Of a DNA stretch of 33,401 bases, positions 28,161 to 33,401 are shown one piece after another. Source of the stretch: Candidatus Ratteibacteria bacterium (GTDB lineage Bacteria > Ratteibacteria > UBA8468 > B48-G9 > JAFGKM01); the NCBI GenBank assembly GCA_046296715.1, contig JBKBIN010000014.1:1-33401 (forward strand), read 5' to 3'. Every line of letters begins with the position of its first letter. Position 1 is the stretch's first letter. Both the position numbers and the translations under genes were made by a program. The notes below the pieces were generated by a model. The model was not told where the DNA came from, did no database searches, and saw only the letters and a list, made by a program, of their open reading frames with translations.

Positions 28161-29345
28161 TTATTCTTTTTTAAGAACTTCTATTCCTGGTAAACTCCCT
28201 TTTTCAAGAAATTCTAAAGATGCTCCTCCTCCAGTACAGACATGAGAAATTTTATCAGCAACACCTGCTTTCTGAACAATTGCAACAGAATCTCCACCTC
28301 CTATGACAGAAAATGCCTTTGAATTTGCTATTGCTTTTGCTATTTCTATTGTTCCTTTTGCAAACTTTTCTATTTCATAAATTCCCATTGGTCCATTCCA
28401 GAAAATTGTTTTTGCTCTATTTATACAATCAGTATATTCTTCAATTGCTTGCGGTCCAATATCAACTCCAATCCAGCCATGAGGGACTGTCCCCCTTTCT
28501 GTTACAATTGGAGTAGCATCTTCTGAAATTTTCTGAACTATAATATGGTCAAGTGGAGTATGAAATTCAAGATGTCTTTTATTTATCTCCTTTATTATCT
28601 CTTTTGCTACTGGAACTGCTTCTTCTTCAACTTTTGAATCCCCGACTTCCCAGTTTTTTGCTTTTATAAATGTATACGCCATAACTCCACCTGTAATAAT
28701 TGTGTCTACTTTATCAAGTAAATTCTTTACCATATTTATTTTGTCAATCACTTTTGCTCCACCAAGGATTAAAAGGAAAGGTCTTTCTGGATTTATAAGT
28801 AATTTTGAAAGTGAAGAAACTTCTTTTTCTATCAAAAAACCTCCTGCTATATCATTTACAAACTTTGTTATTGTATATACAGAAGCATGTTTCCTATGAC
28901 ATGTTCCAAAAGCATCATTAACATAAGCATCACATAAAGATGCAAGTTCTTTTGCAAAATTTTCATCTCCTTTTTCTTCTTCTGAATGGAATCTTAAATT
29001 TTCTAAAAGTAAAATTTCTCCATCTTTCAAAGAATCTATCATCTTTTTAACCTCATCTCCAATACAATCAGGAGCAAATTTTACTTCTTTTTTCAAAATC
29101 TCAGATAATCTTTCCGCAACTGGTTTTAAAGAAAATTCAGCAGATGGTTTCCCTTCTGGTCTTCCAAGATGTGAAGCAATTATTAAACGGGCACCCTGAG
29201 AAAGTAAATAATTTATAGTTGGAATTGTTGCTATAATTCTTGTATCATCTGTAATAACTCCATTTTTAATTGGAACATTAAAATCAACTCTTAAAAAAAC
29301 TTTCTTCCCTTTGTAATTTTTCTCGGTAATTGAATATATTTTCAT
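28161..29345 (-). CDS. pgk: Phosphoglycerate kinase
   Basis: [39 protein letters not shown]. Confidence 0.98.
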   Translation of the reverse strand: MKIYSITEKNYKGKKVFLRVDFNVPIKNGVITDDTRIIATIPTINYLLSQGARLIIASHLGRPEGKPSAEFSLKPVAERLSEILKKEVKFAPDCIGDEVKKMIDSLKDGEILLLENLRFHSEEEKGDENFAKELASLCDAYVNDAFGTCHRKHASVYTITKFVNDIAGGFLIEKEVSSLSKLLINPERPFLLILGGAKVIDKINMVKNLLDKVDTIITGGVMAYTFIKAKNWEVGDSKVEEEAVPVAKEIIKEINKRHLEFHTPLDHIIVQKISEDATPIVTERGTVPHGWIGVDIGPQAIEEYTDCINRAKTIFWNGPMGIYEIEKFAKGTIEIAKAIANSKAFSVIGGGDSVAIVQKAGVADKISHVCTGGGASLEFLEKGSLPGIEVLKKE

Positions 29346-29366
29346 CTTTTGCCTCCTTTTTTACCT

Positions 29367-29394
29367 ATTTTACAACTTTTCTTTTTTATGTCAA
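29367..29394 (-). promoter_or_regulatory. Sigma70 promoter for pgk and the downstream run
   Basis: TTGACA (29389-29394), 16 nt, TAAAAT (29367-29372); SD aaggagg follows. Confidence 0.7.
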
Positions 29395-29403
29395 TTTATA
29401 TTG

Positions 29404-30789
29404 TTATATTTTATACTCATCTAAATAAGAGGGAATAAAAATTTTTGAAGTTTTAAAATTCTCAGAAATTAAATTTGAAAATTCATCAATAACTTCTTCT
29501 TCGCCATGAACTAAAAATATATTTTCTGGAAATTTTTTAAACCCTGAAAGAAAATTTAATAGGTCTTCTCTGTCAGCATGAGCAGAAAATCCATCTATCT
29601 TTTCAACTCTTGCCTTAACATTATAAAAATTACCAAGGATTCTAACCTGTTTTTTTTCAAGTATTTCTCTACCAAGTGTTCCTTTTGCTTGATATCCAAC
29701 AAATACAATAGAAGATTCTTCTCTTTCTATATTATTAACAAGATGGTGTTTAATTCTTCCGCCTGTGCACATACCACTGCCTGCAATTATTATTACCGAA
29801 CCTTTTATATGATTAATCATTTTTGATTCTTCAACTGACTTTGTGAAATGTAAAAGGGGAAAATCAAATGGAGAGATCTTATTTTCTAAAAATTTCTCTG
29901 CTTGTCCGTCAAGATATGCCTGATACTTTTCAAATACTTCTGTTACTTCAATTGCCATAGGACTGTCAAGAAAAGTTAATAAATGGGGAATTTTATCTTC
30001 AAGTAAAAGTTTCTTTAAATAATATAGAATCTCCTGTGTCCTCTCAATTGCAAAACTTGGAATAACTATATTTCCTCCTTTTTCTACTGTTTCGTTAATT
30101 ATCTGTTCAAATCTTTTTTCAGCATCTATCCTTTTTTCATGAATTCTATCACCATATGTTGACTCAATTATTAAAAAATCTGCCTCTTTGATTATTTCAG
30201 GTGTAGGCAAAATTGGATTTTCTTTTCTTCCAATATCTCCTGAAAAAACAATCTTTTTATTTTCAATAATAAGTTCAATTATTGATGAACCAAGAATATG
30301 TCCTGCATTATGGAATATAATTTCTATATCTTTGTCTATTTTTATTTTCTCATTATATTCAACAGGCTGGAAAAGTTCAAAAACATTTTCAGCATCTTTT
30401 GGTGTATAAAGTGGTATTTCAGGATATGGACCTTTTCTTTTTTCTTTTTCGTGTCTCTTTTTCTTTTTTTCTGCATCTTCAACCTGTATTTTTGCAGAAT
30501 CAATAAGTGCTATCTTTGTTATTTCAAATGTTGGTTTTGTACATAATATTTTACCTGAAAAACCATCTTTAACTAATTTAGGTAAATATCCTGAATGGTC
30601 AAGATGTGCATGTGTGAGTAAAATAAAATCTATTTTATTAGGAGGAAATGGAAATTTATCCCAGTTTCTATTCTTTAAATCTCTTTCCTGAAATAAACCA
30701 CAATCAATAAGAATATTTTTATCATTAGAAGAGATTAAAAACTTTGAACCAGTTACATTTTTTGTCGCTCCAAGAAATTTAATAATCAT
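29404..30789 (-). CDS. MBL-fold beta-CASP ribonuclease (YSH1-like)
   Basis: VTGS, DCGLFQ, THAHLDHSG, AGHILGS, SGD, ESTYG, SGMCTGGRI, FSAHAD. Confidence 0.92.
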   Translation of the reverse strand: MIIKFLGATKNVTGSKFLISSNDKNILIDCGLFQERDLKNRNWDKFPFPPNKIDFILLTHAHLDHSGYLPKLVKDGFSGKILCTKPTFEITKIALIDSAKIQVEDAEKKKKRHEKEKRKGPYPEIPLYTPKDAENVFELFQPVEYNEKIKIDKDIEIIFHNAGHILGSSIIELIIENKKIVFSGDIGRKENPILPTPEIIKEADFLIIESTYGDRIHEKRIDAEKRFEQIINETVEKGGNIVIPSFAIERTQEILYYLKKLLLEDKIPHLLTFLDSPMAIEVTEVFEKYQAYLDGQAEKFLENKISPFDFPLLHFTKSVEESKMINHIKGSVIIIAGSGMCTGGRIKHHLVNNIEREESSIVFVGYQAKGTLGREILEKKQVRILGNFYNVKARVEKIDGFSAHADREDLLNFLSGFKKFPENIFLVHGEEEVIDEFSNLISENFKTSKIFIPSYLDEYKI

Positions 30790-31966
30790 AATAACTCCTT
30801 TTTATTTTTGAGAGTTGAAAAATGATTAAAAGTGCAACAAATGAATGAAATATTGATGTAATTAAAAAAGGTGTTCTGATATCTATTATTTTACCTGTAT
30901 ATCCACCTATTAAAGGACCAAAAGCAAGCCCAAGCATACTTATAGAATTGAATAAACCATATGCTTTGCCTATTGCTTCTTCTTTAATAAATTTTTTAAT
31001 TAAAGAATTTACCGACGGAACAATTCCAGCAATACTACCAACAAAAAGGATTCTTAAAATAAAAAGTTGTGATACTGAATTAACAAAAAAATGTCCCAAA
31101 GTTGTTATAGAAGCAAAAATTGAACAATTTATAATTAGTCTTAAATAACCTATTTTATCTGCTACAAGACCTAAAAGTGCTGCTGTTATTCCCTCTATTA
31201 TTGCTGCCACTCCAATAATTGTCCCTGTAATAGTATTTAATCTTTCAGGAGAAGTTATTATCTCTTTTATAACAAGAGGGAAAGAAGGATTTAAAATTGT
31301 ATTGCTCAATCTAACACCAAACATAATTATAGTTGCAAGCCAGAATCCTTTAATCTTAAAAATGTCTTTGAAAGTGATATCATTTTTTATTGATTTGTTA
31401 TTTTCTCTCTTTTCTTTTGCTAATAATAACACTAAAAGACCTCCAAGAAAAATTATAAGACCTCCAATTCTAAATGTGACTCTATATCCAAACCTATCTG
31501 CAAAAAAACCACCAAATAAAGGACCAATTGAATTCCCTATTGAGACAGCCGCTTGCATCATACCAAGAGTAAAACCACTTTTTTCAATTGGGACAACTGA
31601 AGCAACAAGAGTAATTGAGGCAATTATTGTTCCTGTTAAAGCACCTTGTAATAATCTACATATGAGCAATTGTTTTACTGTTTTAACAAAAGACATAAGA
31701 AATAATATAAAAGTTCCTGCAAACATACTCCTTACAACCATAAACTTTCTTCCATATTTATCTGCAAAATGTCCCCATATAGGAGAAAATATAACAAATG
31801 TAAAACCACTTGCTGAAAGTATAACACCTGCCCAGTATGTTTGTGTCTGAATATTCTTTATTCCAAGTTCTGAAATAAAATAAGGTAAAAATGGTAAAGC
31901 AAAAGAAAATCCACTTATTGACAATATCTGGGCAATAAAAGCTGAAATAAAAGTTTTCTGCCACAT
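30779..31966 (-). CDS. MFS transporter (DHA1 / MdtG-like)
   Basis: LPFLP, WGHFADKYGRK motif A, RLLQG, GPLFGG; multiple hydrophobic helices. Start placed at ATG 31966 (ORF track start 32017). Confidence 0.88.
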   Translation of the reverse strand: MWQKTFISAFIAQILSISGFSFALPFLPYFISELGIKNIQTQTYWAGVILSASGFTFVIFSPIWGHFADKYGRKFMVVRSMFAGTFILFLMSFVKTVKQLLICRLLQGALTGTIIASITLVASVVPIEKSGFTLGMMQAAVSIGNSIGPLFGGFFADRFGYRVTFRIGGLIIFLGGLLVLLLAKEKRENNKSIKNDITFKDIFKIKGFWLATIIMFGVRLSNTILNPSFPLVIKEIITSPERLNTITGTIIGVAAIIEGITAALLGLVADKIGYLRLIINCSIFASITTLGHFFVNSVSQLFILRILFVGSIAGIVPSVNSLIKKFIKEEAIGKAYGLFNSISMLGLAFGPLIGGYTGKIIDIRTPFLITSIFHSFVALLIIFQLSKIKRSYYDY

Positions 31967-32032
31967 TTTTTTATCCGAAATTTTTACAATTTTACAATTT
32001 TTGAAAATTAAAAACAAGAAAAATAAATTTTC

Positions 32033-32061
32033 TTGATTTTTTCAACAAATTCAGATATAAT
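32033..32061 (+). promoter_or_regulatory. Promoter for tRNA-Pro
   Basis: TTGATT (32033-32038), 17 nt, TATAAT (32056-32061). Confidence 0.7.
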
Positions 32062-32070
32062 AAATTTGTT

Positions 32071-32146
32071 CGGGGCGTAGCGCAGTCCGGTTAAGCGCGC
32101 TTGGTTTGGGACCAAGAGGTCCTCGGTTCAAATCCGAGCGCCCCGA
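32071..32146 (+). tRNA. tRNA-Pro (TGG)
   Basis: CGGGGCG/CGCCCCG acceptor, CTTGG-TTTGGGA-CCAAG anticodon arm, CTCGG TTCAAAT CCGAG T arm, discriminator A; CCA not encoded. Confidence 0.97.
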
Positions 32147-32160
32147 CACAACCTTCTAAC

Positions 32161-32189
32161 TTGACAAAAATTTTATTAGATTGTAATAT
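32161..32189 (+). promoter_or_regulatory. Candidate promoter for rrf2-cysK
   Basis: TTGACA (32161-32166), 17 nt, TAATAT (32184-32189); the -10 is a weak match. Confidence 0.5.
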
Positions 32190-32227
32190 TATTTAAACTA
32201 TTATATTAGTGATAAAAGGAGTTAAAA

Positions 32228-32677
32228 ATGAAATTTTCAACAAAGACAAGATATGGTTTAAGGGCTTTAATTGATTTAGGAGTTTACTATGATGGAAAAC
32301 CAGTTTTAGTTAAAGAAATTGCGAAAAGACAGAACTTATCAGAAAGATATCTTGAACATATTATGCTTGCATTAAAAAAAGCAGGTATTTTAAGGAGTAT
32401 AAAGGGAGGTAAAGGTGGATTTATGTTTTTAAAGGAACCATCTGAAATTAAGATTAGTCAAATAATTGAAATTCTTGAAGGCCCTTTATCTCCAGTTGAA
32501 TGTGTAGAAAAAAAAGAAGTTTGTGAGAGAAGTGAAACTTGTGTAGCAAGGGAATTATGGTCTGATATAAAAAGTCAAATTTTAAAATATCTTGAAGGGA
32601 TAACATTAAAACAACTTATAGAAAAACAAAAAAAGAAAAATCAAGATAAAGGAAAAGTAGTTTTTTATGAGATTTAA
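32228..32677 (+). CDS. Rrf2 family transcriptional regulator (IscR/CymR-like, three Cys)
   Basis: [31 protein letters not shown]-x5-C-x5-C ([15 protein letters not shown]). Confidence 0.93.
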   Translation: MKFSTKTRYGLRALIDLGVYYDGKPVLVKEIAKRQNLSERYLEHIMLALKKAGILRSIKGGKGGFMFLKEPSEIKISQIIEILEGPLSPVECVEKKEVCERSETCVARELWSDIKSQILKYLEGITLKQLIEKQKKKNQDKGKVVFYEI

Positions 32678-32688
32678 AAGGGGTAAAT

Positions 32689-33401
32689 ATGAAATTTGCG
32701 GAAAACATAACAAAACTAATAGGCAATACTCCACTTGTAAGGTTGAATAAAATTGTAAGAGGTTGTTATTCAGATATTTATGCGAAACTTGAATTTTATA
32801 ATCCGGCTGGTTCGGTAAAGGATAGGATTGCAGTAAGTATGATTGAGGATGCAGAAAAGAAAGGACTAATAAATAAAGATACAGTGATAATTGAGCCAAC
32901 AAGTGGGAATACAGGGATTGGACTTGCTTTTGTTTGTGCACAGAGGGGATATAAACTTATTTTAACAATGCCAGAGAGTATGAGTATAGAAAGGAGGAAA
33001 CTATTGAGTTTATTTGGAGCAGAGATTGTATTAACACCAGCAGATGAAGGTATGACAGGAGCAGTAAAGAAAGCAGAAGAACTTTTAAAAGAATATAAAA
33101 ACTCATTTATGCCACAACAATTTAAAAATCCAGCAAATCCAGAGATACATAGAAAGACGACAGCAGAGGAGATATGGCAAGATACAGATGGAAGAATTGA
33201 TATATTTGTAAGTGGAGTAGGGACAGGAGGGACAATAACAGGAGTTGGAGAGGTTTTAAAAAAGAGAAAAAAAGATATAAAGATTGTTGCTGTTGAACCA
33301 GAGAATTCACCAGTTTTATCAGGAGGAAAAGCAGGAAGACATAAAATTCAGGGTATAGGAGCAGGATTTATACCAGAGATTTTAAATTTGAAAGTTATAG
33401 A
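32689..33401 (+). CDS. cysK: Cysteine synthase A (3'-partial; absent from the ORF track)
   Basis: Manual translation: [66 protein letters not shown]; runs off the window end. Confidence 0.96.
   Translation, partial: MKFAENITKLIGNTPLVRLNKIVRGCYSDIYAKLEFYNPAGSVKDRIAVSMIEDAEKKGLINKDTVIIEPTSGNTGIGLAFVCAQRGYKLILTMPESMSIERRKLLSLFGAEIVLTPADEGMTGAVKKAEELLKEYKNSFMPQQFKNPANPEIHRKTTAEEIWQDTDGRIDIFVSGVGTGGTITGVGEVLKKRKKDIKIVAVEPENSPVLSGGKAGRHKIQGIGAGFIPEILNLKVI

Noticed and set aside
29404..31966. Beta-CASP nuclease plus membrane protein as an anti-phage system
   Set aside because: Both belong to widespread housekeeping families, sit next to pgk, and have no defence-island context.
10711..32146. Both tRNAs lack an encoded CCA
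   Set aside because: Common in many bacteria; only implies a CCA-adding enzyme elsewhere.
8694..33310. Short ORFs in the track lying on or opposite long genes (e.g. 8694+, 11077+, 18824+, 19611+, 31302+, 31758-, 32606-, 33122-)
   Set aside because: They shadow well-conserved genes and show no recognisable motifs.
1..33401. Alternative genetic code, prophage or IS element
   Set aside because: Conserved genes translate full length with code 11, and no integrase, transposase or phage genes are visible.

Overview
AT-rich bacterial chromosomal window from a diderm. The lpxC-fabZ fusion, ilvE-mcsA-mcsB-clpC-bamA order, TMTC-like TPR protein and URO-D-like protein suggest a PVC-related lineage such as Omnitrophota/Ratteibacteria (inference only). 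From left to right: (i) a + strand cluster of a partial TMTC-like TPR protein, GspG-like pseudopilin, hydrolase, inositol monophosphatase, histidine kinase and uppP; (ii) a - strand GNAT / sugar isomerase / URO-D-like cluster and a stand-alone small outer-membrane beta-barrel; (iii) a DUF523-DUF1722 (RudS-like) gene with a truncated photolyase next to the 3' end of tRNA-Asn; (iv) an ~18.5 kb tightly packed - strand run pgk-tpiA-hydrolase-lolC/E-lolD-ilvE-mcsA-mcsB-clpC-bamA-skp-lpxD-lpxC/fabZ-lpxA-lpxI-FAD oxidoreductase; (v) a beta-CASP nuclease and MFS transporter; (vi) tRNA-Pro, an Rrf2 regulator and a partial cysK. I found no CRISPR array, integrase, transposase or phage gene. The window is mostly housekeeping. 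The best leads are an McsA-McsB-ClpC module whose regulatory elements all look eroded, the RudS-photolyase remnant at tRNA-Asn, and an exact 33-bp tandem duplication over the pseudopilin start. All calls come from reading motifs by eye; no searches were run.
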